Notes under the pieces: model-generated
Seen by the model: the letters and a program-made list of their open reading frames with translations, nothing else
Told to the model about the DNA's origin: nothing
The model's database searches: none
Translations under genes and position numbers: made by a program
Part shown: in pieces, positions 24,206 through 35,351 of the stretch
Numbering within the stretch: position 1 is the stretch's first letter
Layout of the letters: every line of letters starts with the position of its first letter
Assembly (NCBI GenBank): GCA_040143965.1
Contig: JASJQH010006888.1
Location: forward strand, 1-54,214
Direction of reading: 5' to 3'
DNA length: 54,214 nucleotides
From: Basidiobolus ranarum
Taxonomy: Eukaryota

Positions 24206-25318
24206 TTATTTTTCTCGAAGTTCCTCTCCCTCCGAGATTGTACTTTTGGATATATTGCTGGGTGAAAATCCGGGGATATCGAGTCTCGTTTCTACCGATT
24301 CAGAGGTTGCCGAATCGTCAAGTAACCAGCTATCAATGGTCGGTGGTGGAACTCGGATAATAGCTAGTGTTTCCTCTTTAACTATAGTACAAAGGTTGCC
24401 TAGAGGAAGGTCGTTCCAATCGTATCCAAATGGATTCTCTAATTCACCACCGATAGCTAGAATACCAAACAGAGTAAAAGCAGCTAAAGCAACTACCAAA
24501 ATGGCTACCCAACCAAGAGGATCAACGATCTGAAAAGGTAGCATGAGACAATAGATCCAAACTGTCTGTGCTAAATGAATGGAGTAGGCAACGGGAATGG
24601 GTGTCCGTAGAATCCGTTCAAACCCAGTTAAGTTATCAACAAGGTTGTTGACCGCATTGGTGAGTAGTGTAAATAAGGGTGCATCTACGTTTCCACGTTC
24701 TTTTTGATGTTGAATAAAAGCTGTTAAATGTACGGTGATTTCTAGGGGTAAATTGGATCCGGGAGTTTTGCTTTCCGCTGGTGGAACAATGGGTCGTAGA
24801 AGTTCTTGGTCACGCTGATGGTTAATTGATGTTGGGGTGCGATATCTATTATGGGATGTGCGTAGGAATGGAGCAAATTCTGGCGAAACATCCTGATAGT
24901 CATATTCCTCTCTTAAGTAATGCTTTGTAGCATAAGCGAAGGAAATCAAAAGTTTAATGGCTGCTTCCTTGGCTGTATGATCTATTTGTGACTTTTCTTG
25001 TATATTAATCCAGATCATACGAGTCAAAGAACGAAGGCTAGTGATTTGAGAACTCCACAAACGACGCCCTTCCCAATATCGGTCGTAAGCAGTATTCGTC
25101 CGGAAAACTAAGAGTAACGAAGTAACCATGCCAAGTATTGTGATCAGGTTGTCTTTTATGTTTAACTTGAGGATAGTATATCTATGAATGGATACAACCG
25201 CCCCAGTGAATACTGCCAAAAAAACCACTTTGATGATAATTCTCGGAATAATTGATCTCTTTAATCGCAGAGCAAACGGCCACCTGCGCTCATATAGTGG
25301 GGGCATATTGTAAACCAT
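24206..25318 (-). CDS. Bestrophin-family (UPF0187/YneE-like) anion channel
   Basis: Motifs LLLVFRTNTAYDRYWEGRRLW, NLPLEI, ERILRTPIPVAYSIHL and ELENPFGYDWNDLPL. The first ATG is at 25318. Confidence 0.93.
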   Translation of the reverse strand: MVYNMPPLYERRWPFALRLKRSIIPRIIIKVVFLAVFTGAVVSIHRYTILKLNIKDNLITILGMVTSLLLVFRTNTAYDRYWEGRRLWSSQITSLRSLTRMIWINIQEKSQIDHTAKEAAIKLLISFAYATKHYLREEYDYQDVSPEFAPFLRTSHNRYRTPTSINHQRDQELLRPIVPPAESKTPGSNLPLEITVHLTAFIQHQKERGNVDAPLFTLLTNAVNNLVDNLTGFERILRTPIPVAYSIHLAQTVWIYCLMLPFQIVDPLGWVAILVVALAAFTLFGILAIGGELENPFGYDWNDLPLGNLCTIVKEETLAIIRVPPPTIDSWLLDDSATSESVETRLDIPGFSPSNISKSTISEGEELREK

Positions 25319-25799
25319 TTTAGCTAGTAATAACTCCAAGAGATTCTAGAAAGAGGATGGATGCGGATATTGGATTGCACACCAATGTGGCGGTTCATCC
25401 TTTTAAAACAAGCGGCTGATGCTATTCTTATGTTCATTTAGAACATAGAATGGGATCGTAAGGGAAAGGGAAAGGGAATGAACAATAACCGGTTCCTTGC
25501 CTGGTTTTCAGAAACATGTCTTACTTTATTATAATAAAGCATACAACTTGGCTTTATCTTAAATAGGTTTGAAACACAGTAAAATCAGCCAACAACCAGC
25601 AACTAAAATGCTAACTGAAATACCTACCGAACCAGTGAAGTCATGGGGCATATTCACTACTTCATATATGTATTTGTGTTTCATCACACAGAATAAAAAG
25701 GAGAGAGAATCAGCCATTTCTAAAGATACATTATGGGCTACATTGGTTTTGCTTCTGCATAATTGATGGGGATTCATCAGTAGGATTATAGATCGGTGT

Positions 25800-25848
25800 A
25801 TGGGTTTTATCATGGGTTTTATCATGGATTTTATCATGGGTTTTATCA
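25800..25848. repeat. 12-bp tandem repeat (atgggttttatc) x4
   Basis: atgggttttatc atgggttttatc atggattttatc atgggttttatc. Confidence 0.85.
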
Positions 25849-26013
25849 GTATCCAAAGATTAACATAAATACACCTCAACTAACCAACCATTATGACTAA
25901 AGTATGAAGGATTCGAGATTTGGGATTTGGGTTTTGGGTCTTGGGATATACATATATAGAAAGCGAATGGTCAAGTTCACTGCATAGATATTAGGGTGTT
26001 GGTCATATCTGGT

Positions 26014-26295
26014 CTAAATCGACGATATGTAGGTAGCTGAGAAAGCCAGTACACCGTAGGTCAACCCCTTGGCAAAAAATATACCACTTGATTCTGACTT
26101 CACTGGACTGGCGGATGGATATGTATATCCAGTGGAAAAACTGGGGGATTTGGTAGCACTAGGTGACGTTGACAAGTCGGGAGGACTGGAGGTAAATTGC
26201 TGTATACGAACGGGTAAATCCTCTCCACTTGCTTTGATGAATGTGATCATATTGATCATCAAAATTACGATTGCTAGGCGAATGAATGTTGCCAT
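26014..26295 (-). CDS. Small secreted, probably GPI-anchored, Ser/Thr-rich protein (93 aa)
   Basis: N-terminal signal MATFIRLAIVILMINMITFIKA, an S/T/P-rich core, and a putative omega site SSG followed by a hydrophobic C-terminus. Confidence 0.65.
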   Translation of the reverse strand: MATFIRLAIVILMINMITFIKASGEDLPVRIQQFTSSPPDLSTSPSATKSPSFSTGYTYPSASPVKSESSGIFFAKGLTYGVLAFSATYISSI

Positions 26296-26995
26296 TTAAT
26301 GAGAAATAGAGTAGCTAAGGGTTAGAGCTAACAAATATTGATAATTGAATCTAAGACGAGAGTAGCAAAATGAATTAAGGATAGTGGTGTCATGGACGTT
26401 CGCGTGCTTTTATACTCTAAATTTTGATGATTGAAATTTACCGTTAATTCATGTACTCTGAGTTGCTCGGAGATTAAAGGCTGTAGCAACTTCTCAACAT
26501 ACCATCCATACTTTCACTAATGCAACTAGTACAGCGATGCACACCATTATTTTGGGTGGTAGTGAAAAACTTCTGTCTGATTGAACATCGGAGTGTTACT
26601 AGATTATATTATGTCCTCTTTTTCCGTAATCAATGATATAAACCCATACATCTTTTAAACGGTTAATGCTAATTGAATTTATGCTGCTATGGTGCCAAAT
26701 TTACATCCTAAATGATTTTTGCTCAAGAAACATTGATTTTTAAAAAAAAATCGGATGCTTTGTGGATACGAGTCACGCGTAACTGTGGCAATTGTATGTC
26801 ATGATATCAAGTTAGTGTTCTTTACTAAATATCAAAGCAAGTACTGAAAGGTAACAGTCAAGATGGTGAGAGAAATTAATAAATGTACACGAAACCCAAT
26901 GAATTTGGACTTTGGAATGCAACGTTCACAAGTGTATAATAAAGGTATCTAGAGGCATATGAATCCACGAGGATTGTAGTGTTCTGTTCCTTCAT

Positions 26996-27542
26996 TTACA
27001 ATAGAACCCTCAACACTCTTCTACTAGTAACGAGATATTGAAAACGTTCAAATTCGGCTTTAGCAACTTCGGGCTGCTCATTTTCTAAATAAGCTTCGAG
27101 ATGCTCTTGGGATTGAATGGTATAATGAATAGTAAAATAAATCTACGTAGACGAATCTTTAGTATTAAAAAATAGAACACTTATGGTAATAATATACTTT
27201 ACCTTGTTACTTCCTTCTTCAGACAACCAGAAAAGTCCAGCTTGAATATTGAAAAAGTAGTACACATCAGCATTATAACTACTTTAATCCAAGAAATGAA
27301 ATATTAATTATAGATAGATACCTGGCTTAGGTTGGCTAAATACATTGACCGAAAGGAATCCTGTGAAGAAAAGGTTACTTCACCATAAGTTAGGAAATAT
27401 CCAAATATATGTACCTACCATTGACGCTATCACAGGTTTTACGAGCAAAAACTCGGAGCCACTCTAAGTATTCGTCACCTCTATCTTTTGGAACAGAAAG
27501 ATTAACTTCGTAGATAAGAGTATCGGTGGGATGAGAAGACAT
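26996..27542 (-). CDS. DUF4286-like small alpha/beta protein, 4 exons
   Basis: Spliced product MSSHPTDTLIYEVNLSVPKDRGDEYLEWLRVF...G|FLSVNVFSQPKP|AGLFWLSEEGSNK|IYFTIHYTIQSQEHLEAYLENEQP...ERFQYLVTSRRVLRVLL*. The splice phases are consistent, with two ~39-nt mini-exons. Confidence 0.7.
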
Positions 27543-28529
27543 TTCAAAGAGAGAACACAAGGGTCTAGTCAGCAAGGTGCTTGACCTCCGACAAATTTGA
27601 AAAATGCTCAATATATACTAGACCTACTTGAGGTGGTTAATGAATGATCAAAATGGGTACAGTCTGTTGATTGGATCACTTCAAAAAATGATTTGATTTC
27701 ACTAAATAAGCCTTCGAAAAGAGTAACAGAAGGAAGCAACAGGTATAAATAGTGTCAGGACAGAACGCCACTAAAGTTCGTTAGATAATGTTGTTTACTT
27801 TGGTATGTATAGTTAATGAATCGTTAATTTAAACGATAGATGTGAGCTGGATACATAGGGTTAGGGTTAGATTGGGTATAATAATATTGATTTCTAGCAC
27901 ACATTCTTTCCCATACAATACAGACAAACCAATGACCCATTAGTTTTCCCCTTTTCTACCCTTTTCCGTAGGCCAGTCGTGGATTGGTTACAGCCAATTT
28001 AACTATGCGGAAGTATAGGAGTGGGATTGTTTTCGTGACTATGCAATATGTAAGTGACGATAGATATATATCTAGAAGTGTTAACACAATCAAACGCATC
28101 AATCATCCTATTGGTCAACATATAATGAGTCTTCAATATAAATGAGACCATGACGTATAGCAGAGGTACCCTAACCCTGGTGTTGGGACCATAGATAAAC
28201 GGTTCTGTCATTTCCCATTTTGGTTTTTATCCTGCTTCTCTTTCCCACGATTTCTAGGACTTCCATCAGCCGAATATCTTTATCCATTATAATCCTCTTT
28301 TACGCTGATTCCCCACTCTTATCCCCACTATTCTCATTTAATTGAGCGTGAATTATTTTCCTCGTAATTTTGATCTTTATACCGCGTCTTCTGTGAAAGA
28401 TATTACCTCGTGCACGTACCAAACACTTGGTTTTTTGACCGTCGCGTCTGCACATAACTCTGTACCTACTCGGATAGTCACAAACTACACACAGATACCT
28501 CAAATATAACTCATAGTGAAATCTCTATC

Positions 28530-29816
28530 ATGGATGTTAGAGATTTTTTAACAAAATGCAGGCTAGAGCAATACTATAACACCTTCGTATCAGAAGGTTT
28601 TGATCAGTTGAACTCGGTATTTATTCTACTTTGATCTTCCTCTAGGCCGAGAGCAGTGTTTTTTATACTTATATTTGCATTCAACAATAGTTATTGGAGA
28701 TTACAGAAAGTGATTTAGCTGCTATGGACGTTAAACGGGGGCATAGAAGAGTAAGTTATACAGTAATTGTATCTTTATGTAATAATATTTGACATTTTTC
28801 TTTAGTTACTACAACAAGAGATTGCCAGCTTGAGAGGTTACACCCAACAACCCTCTCTTGGCTTATCTATGGTGCCTACTGACGAACATTTCTTGAATAT
28901 TTCAGATGCAGGTCAACAGTATAGCAATATATGCTAATGGTATCATCTGTAACTGATAATTACTAAATCCTACAGATTCCACACCCATTCAACCACGTCT
29001 ACTAACCCCAGGTGCTCTACCCTCAAACCATAGTCAACATAGTAGTATTTCGCTTCATGGTCATCATTTGATGTCTCCAGATATGGGAGAATATATAAGC
29101 CCCGATAGTAACGGAAAGCGTAAATACAGACGTCATCCCAAACCAGATAAAAACGCTCCAGAGAAGCCAGCATCAGCCTATGTTATGTTCTCTAATAAAG
29201 TCAGAGCTGAGTTGAAGGACCAAAACATGTCGTTTACTGAAATAGCCAAGATCGTAGGTGATCGTTGGAAATCCATTAGTCGTGAAGACAAAGAGCAAGT
29301 GGAGCAAAGTGCAGCACAGGCTCGAGAGGAATACTATGAGGCTTTACGTGGCTACAAAGAAACCAATGAATACAAGGTAACGATAGTTTTTAGTGGAGCC
29401 ATACTGATTCAACCAAACTGATCCATTTTGATCATTAGGAATACCAAGAATACTTGGAAGAATTCCGCAAGAAATCCAGTAGCTGCGGTATAGTAATCGA
29501 GTGTTTCTCTTATTGTCACATAATAATCAACTAAAATTTACTAATCCTATGGGGATTTCTATAACCAGTTCGTCCTGTTGGTCGACCAAGAAAGCATCCC
29601 AAGCCTCATGAAGATACAGGAAGCTCTCTAGTAGATTTACACCATGAAGAAAAGCATCTCGCTCCGTCCACATACAATCTAAGCATGGTACACAGTGCTG
29701 CAGCTCTTCATCCTCATAATGGCCACACACACGATCAATCACCTCAGAATAATCATCACTCTGACCTCAATTTAGAGTTTATGGTTAGCCAGTCGGATCA
29801 AACGTTCATGATATAA
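28530..29816 (+). CDS. SAM-domain + HMG-box + AT-hook transcription factor, 6 exons
   Basis: SAM: MDVRDFLTKCRLEQYYNTFVSEGFDQLNS|LLEITESDLAAMDVKRGHRR|LLQQEIA. HMG: KRKYRRHPKPDKNAPEKPASAYVMFSNKVRAELKDQNMSFTEIAKIVGDRWK. AT-hook: RPVGRPRK. The stop TAA is at 29814-29816. Confidence 0.88.
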
Positions 29817-30030
29817 ACGCAATTTTGTCACCTTTAACCTTTTTACAGGTGTTATATATATATATATAATTTATCGGCGTAGCTCCTTCACTGTCTTTTT
29901 GTTGTTGGTCACTTAAGTTTACAATCCCATACTGTTCACTGTTCTTTATTTTATTGAGATTTCTGCCAAATATACACTTTACTCGCATTCTCTGGGCTAG
30001 ACAACAAAACTAAATGATCATTTAAACTTA

Positions 30031-30261
30031 ATGGCACTACAATGTTCTATGATAATCATTCTATATTCAATGGCATCTTCTATTTTCTTGTGGGTTGAGG
30101 CCACTCCTACTTCTAGGCCTTTCTAAGGTGTAAAGCAGACTCCATTTTACCTCACTAATTGTAGTAGTAGTGTTTCCTAGTTTGCTCACCCCTCCCGCTT
30201 AACTTGGATCACTCTTTTGTTGGTTAACTTCGGCACAACTTCAGCATATTGGATCACCTAA
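30031..30261 (+). pseudogene. Possible pseudogene of a small secreted/GPI-type protein
   Basis: One frame reads MALQCSMIIILYSMASSIFLWVEATPTSRPF*GVKQTPFYLTNCSSSVS*FAHPSRLTWITLLLVNFGTTSAYWIT*: signal-like start, hydrophobic end and two internal stops. Confidence 0.35.
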
Positions 30262-31331
30262 TGTGGAATGGTACGAGCGAATGGGTCAGTATCAGAGTTT
30301 GATTTTGGTATAATGCACACACAAATATAGCATCTCCAGCCCTGCATGATATAAACCTATAGAGTAGAAAGGTCTAATAGTTAGGAAGAGGCTATGGTAC
30401 TCATCGACTGATGACTGAAGAAAATCGACCAATTGTATTATGACCTATGCAGGCATGTTAACAGAAAAATGGCAAGACCAGCCCAGCAAAAAATCAAGAT
30501 CTCTGCTTGAGAGCGAAGATGTATTTGGTTTAGTGATTCTAGACCGGTGACTGCATAAAAGCACTAATTGTGATTACTTACCTAACCCTAAGTCTATTCC
30601 ACCAGAAATATTTCTTCCAGTACCTAAATCTATCGACACTAACACCATCTGTTTGTACGTTTTTGGCTGCAGTATTTCCGGTATCCATATAGTAATATCC
30701 TAATTATATCCCACCTAACCCTAACTTTGGGGGAGGTTTTTGAAAGTATATCAAATTTTACCAAAGGTTCCATGAATTCACCTAAATCAATCCAAATCCC
30801 CCTCAATCCTTACTGATACCCTTAAATATACATATTCTAATCCAGTACTAACTTCGCACTATTGCTTAGGGCATATGAGGGGATCGAAGAACGCCGCAAT
30901 TTCAATTCATATGAGTCATAATGGATGCAATCTAGCTCATTCCTGAGCAATCTAGATTTCCATTTTTGGTTTAGATCCGTCATCCAATGCATAATGCAAT
31001 ACTGGAACGAGTAGAGCTACTGCCCCACCTTAACCCGTGGCGCACACTATTGTTTAAACCAAAAACCCATCGGCTGGGTTTTTATGCCTAGAATAGTCGG
31101 TTTAACATCACCAAAAAAAGGAATTGCTCCAAAATTTCACAACAGGACTCTAGATTAGCTCATAGCGGAATTTTTCGAGTCCGATACTTATCAAATATGA
31201 TATTAGCAAGGAATTTCAATCGTGTTCCTCTATCTACCTATAAATACTCAGCCATCGCATCTTTCCCACTCATCCAAGAATATCTATTCTACAATCTAAT
31301 CGAAACCCTCACTCATTCCAAAACCATCAAT

Positions 31332-31658
31332 ATGGATACAAAGTGGTGCACCGTTTGTGACCGTTACATTGAATTCTATGAAAATGAACTATATTGCAGT
31401 GAAGCTTGTCGTTCCAAAGACACTCATAGTTGCCAACACAATAACGACAGTAATTATCTTCTATCGTTCAACCACCTCCCTGATTACAATCAATCTTTTA
31501 TCACTCCACCGACATCTCCTATCAGAAGCTCATTTTTTCAAGAGGGCCCTTCTCACACATCCACATCTCAGTATTCGCCCGTACGAGTTGGATTGAGATT
31601 ACCTACAAGATACATCTCTCTAAAACCCAGAGGACTACGCTCCGCCCTAGTACGTTAA
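31332..31658 (+). CDS. Ecl1/2/3-family (extender of chronological lifespan) zinc-binding protein
   Basis: The N-terminus MDTKWCTVCDRYI....LYCSEACRSKD matches the CxxC...YCSxxCxxxD Ecl1 signature. A Ser/Pro-rich tail (TPPTSP) follows, and a TATAAATA lies at ~31239. Confidence 0.8.
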   Translation: MDTKWCTVCDRYIEFYENELYCSEACRSKDTHSCQHNNDSNYLLSFNHLPDYNQSFITPPTSPIRSSFFQEGPSHTSTSQYSPVRVGLRLPTRYISLKPRGLRSALVR

Positions 31659-31844
31659 TTCGGTGTTGGACTTAATACTACCCTCTATAGCATCACACCT
31701 TACATCATGTAGAAACACCGATCAATGTACATAATTCGTCATACACAACCAGTCTTCTGTATCATTCCCACCATTCTTGTATAAATAAGCATATTTAGTC
31801 AACGATTTAAGTCATCGTAGTTACAAAATTTATTAGAGACAGAT

Positions 31845-33356
31845 TTACCTTCTGCTCAGGTCGCATTCCTTTAAAGGAATCAACTTGCTCTTTTTGATCA
31901 ATTTGTAGGAAATATAAAGTACAGCAAAAATAATTAAACCAAAATATGAAGCAAGTAAATTCATCCAATCTATGGGATCAGATGAGAATCCAGAGTATCC
32001 TTGTCCGATAATAACAATAGTAATTAAAATTAATGCAAATATGGGTCCAAATGGATAGAACATCGCAGTGTAAGGTAGTTGACTTAACTGATTTCCCTGC
32101 ACTAAAAATGCTCTACGAAATCGGAAATGCGATAGGGCAATACCGAACCATGCAATAAATCCAGTAATTCCAGAGGCATTAAGTAGCCATTGATAAACTA
32201 CCGTGTCACTGAAGATGGAGGTCGTAAAGGAAAGACAAGATACTACTGCAGTAAAAGCGAGTGCCCAGAGGGGAATCCCATTGGAGCTAACTTTCTTGAG
32301 GAATTTCGGTCCTTTATCTTCATTAGCTAGAACCCACAATGTTCTCGTAGCTGCGTAAATACCAGAGTTACCAGCAGAGAGTAAAGTTATCAATACAATG
32401 GCATTCATCATGTGTGTTGCTGGTCCGAAGCCAACTAGTTCAAATACCAAGGTGAACGGACTGGTAGCAATATCCTCCACATCGCCACTAAGTAGTCTGG
32501 GATCATCATAGCGGAGGATGAATCCGATTACTGTAATAGCACAGATATAGAAAAGAAGAATACGCCAGAACACTTGTTTAACAGCCTTGGGTATATCCTT
32601 CTCTGGATTGGATGATTCCCCTGCGGTTACTCCGACAATTTCTGTACCTTGAAAAGAGAATCCTGCAATCAAAAACACTTGCAGTATGCCCAAGAAACCA
32701 TCAACAAAAGGAGCTTCGTTATAGGTGAAATTGGATGGACCATAGAGTTGAGCGTCTTCACCTTTCCTAGTGCAGAGGAAGACAATACCAACAATGATGA
32801 AGATGATAACAGTAAGAACTTTGATCAGAGCAAACCAATACTCGGATTCACCATATCCTTTAACGGATAGTCCATTGAACCCGACCATTATGATTAGTAG
32901 AAGTAAAGACCAAACCCATGATGGAAAATGTGGAAGCCAAAATTTCATGATCACCGAAGCCGCGGTAAGTTCAACAGCAACAGTAATAGCCCAATTAAAC
33001 CAATAATTCCACCCTAAGGCAAAGCCAAGTGCCGGATCAACAAAACGTGCAGCGTAGGTGTTGAAAGATCCAGAGATTGGCATATAGGCGGCCATTTCAC
33101 CTAAACTTGTCATCAAAAAGAACACCATGGTTCCGACCATGGCGTAGGCTATTAAAGCACCGCCTGGTCCTGCTTTTGCAATGGATCCTCCACTTCCCAG
33201 GAATAGCCCAGTGCCAATGGTTCCTCCTATGGCTATCATGGATAAATGGCGTGATTTCAAGTGTCTTTTGAGGTTGCCCTGTTCAAGCTCTACATGGTCT
33301 ACCTTCTCATCAACATGATCCAGTTCCTGCTTTGTATCGGATGATACATCGTTCAT
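31845..33356 (-). CDS. lysP: APC-family amino-acid permease, closely resembling bacterial lysine-specific permease LysP
   Basis: Intronless 503 aa with LKSRHLSMIAIGGTIGTGLF, FLMTSLGEMAAYMPISGSF, GFALGWNYWFNWA, GFSFQGTE, KQVFWRILLFY, SPFTLVF, SAGNSGIYA and VYQWLLNASGITGFIAW.GI..SH.RFRR. Confidence 0.9.
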   Translation of the reverse strand: MNDVSSDTKQELDHVDEKVDHVELEQGNLKRHLKSRHLSMIAIGGTIGTGLFLGSGGSIAKAGPGGALIAYAMVGTMVFFLMTSLGEMAAYMPISGSFNTYAARFVDPALGFALGWNYWFNWAITVAVELTAASVIMKFWLPHFPSWVWSLLLLIIMVGFNGLSVKGYGESEYWFALIKVLTVIIFIIVGIVFLCTRKGEDAQLYGPSNFTYNEAPFVDGFLGILQVFLIAGFSFQGTEIVGVTAGESSNPEKDIPKAVKQVFWRILLFYICAITVIGFILRYDDPRLLSGDVEDIATSPFTLVFELVGFGPATHMMNAIVLITLLSAGNSGIYAATRTLWVLANEDKGPKFLKKVSSNGIPLWALAFTAVVSCLSFTTSIFSDTVVYQWLLNASGITGFIAWFGIALSHFRFRRAFLVQGNQLSQLPYTAMFYPFGPIFALILITIVIIGQGYSGFSSDPIDWMNLLASYFGLIIFAVLYISYKLIKKSKLIPLKECDLSRR

Positions 33357-34127
33357 CTTATTACAATCGAGAAGCAACAGTAATTGTTAATTAAGATAAG
33401 CCATTACCAATCCTTTTATCTCTTTGTGAATGGGCGAATAACCTTTTGGGAATGGTAAATATTGGTTCTTCAACTCCACATACAAGCAGGTTTCTGGCTC
33501 AAAAGGTCGCTCGATACGTACTTTTCCACTAGATATGTATCACCAAGAGAATATATGGAGCAAAATCATCAATAAAAGTGATCGCATGTTTGGGTGGATT
33601 GTTACTCTACGACGTATCCATTCAAGCCACTAGCGTAGTATTTACCCGAAAGCGAATAAATTGGCTACTGCTTTGATAGTGGTGGGATGGATATTCTGAT
33701 CTATTCAAGATAAGGTTTGTGAGTCAGAAAGATTCGCTTTCCTGTCGAATAATACTCCTTATAAACCAATATGTAGGGATTGCTTGAATATCTGTGTTCC
33801 GGCTTTTCTTTTCTTAGTACCACTTCCTCTGTGCGTATTTTTGCCAAGCTATCTCGTACAAAGATAAGCACCGACGATTAGGGTTCGGTTGATTTGCGAG
33901 TCAAGGGTTCGTAGGCAAAGAGTATTCACAACTGAATCACATGATACCTTTGCATTTACACAGCGAAAGTATATAACATATATCCGCTTACATAGATATC
34001 AGGGGCAGGGGCAGCTTAATTTTGGGTTAGTGAATCATGTGGATTGTTTAACAAACAAACTGCTGTCCACGCAATTTCTTGTATTGTATTTCGTTGAATC
34101 GATTTCTTTCAACTTTGGCTGTTAATA

Positions 34128-34439
34128 ATGTCTGACGATAAAAGTGCAGAAAAAAAACACGAAGAATACTTAGAAGAGATAAAAGCTTCTCGTGCAAAAG
34201 AAGAACTTCCTCCTCCCTCTTATGAAGTACCTGACGCATGCGGAATGACCGAAGCTGCTCGTAAAAAGCACCAAGAACATCTTGAGGAGCTTGCTGCGAA
34301 TAGGGGTAACGTCGAATCACCTTTACCTTCATACTACGACGAACCTGGCCCTTCTCATTCTCAAAACTCCTCTCAACCTGAAGAGGATTTACCTCCTCCA
34401 GACTATGCGCCACCCGAAACCAACCAGAAAACCGGGTAA
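34128..34439 (+). CDS. 103-aa charged protein with two internal repeats and three PY motifs
   Basis: The ATG is in an AT-rich context (ataATG) and the composition looks coding. The repeats are EKKHEEYLEEIKASRAKEELPPPSY and RKKHQEHLEELAANRGNVESPLPSY, followed by EEDLPPPDY. Confidence 0.7.
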   Translation: MSDDKSAEKKHEEYLEEIKASRAKEELPPPSYEVPDACGMTEAARKKHQEHLEELAANRGNVESPLPSYYDEPGPSHSQNSSQPEEDLPPPDYAPPETNQKTG

Positions 34440-35351
34440 AGTGTATCCAGATTCCAAGAGAGTTTAAACACTTGAACTACTGACGGTATTGGATATTTCA
34501 TTGTTGTTTAATGTACCTTTATTATCACTTTCAATCTTTCTCAACTTCGTTGGTACTTGGACAAATTTGCCTTCAATTACATACTGTGATCCATGGTATT
34601 ATGATCAATTAAACATGAGCAATATCAAAGAAATAGCCGAAATGGCTACCTTAAACCTGTATCTAAGCTATGTATTATGATGATGAGGATTGAGTAGTTT
34701 TTGAAGGTGGATGAAAATTCCATCTATGTTACTGTTGAATAGGAATCCAAGGATCTCTTTCATAACAAACGAAAGGCATTCAAAGACTGCTAACAAGCAC
34801 AATCGCACTGTGTAAGAAATTAATAATAAAAATATCACGTTGTTCCTATCTTTAGCAATCTGGTTTGGTGGAGATCATTCATGTGCTATATTTGGTGTGA
34901 CATTTTGTGACATATCACATTGATGAAAGCCAGTCTCTCTGCATTTAAATACTTTCCAATATTCAGGGCGGGGTGTCATGGAGTTTATTAGAAAAATATA
35001 CATGTTCGCCTGGCGGTTGATTAGAAGAATATACATGGGGATTGGTTTTTACTTTTTAATCTATTTTTTTCAATTATACCTCATCCTCATGCTAGCAATC
35101 GATGGAAAACTGATAAAATTATGCTTAATATTACTAATCATTTACAAAGTGATTTAAAGAGTGATGAGAAAGGTAGGGGAAACAGCGCATGTTGAGGCCA
35201 ACAAAATCGGTGGTTTATAGGTAACTAGTTATTGCTAATCGTTTACCTCACTCCATTTGCTTCGTGTAATGCTGAGTTCGGAAGAAAACGGATTATTCCT
35301 TGGCTTCTATTGATGGTAGAAGTAGAAATCAATATGAGACGTAAGAGGGAC

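Noticed and set aside
28530-29816. HMG gene as a mating-type sexM/sexP locus
   Set aside because: The box is HMGB-like (APEKPASAY) with a SAM domain rather than MATA_HMG type, and the tptA/rnhA flanking genes are absent.
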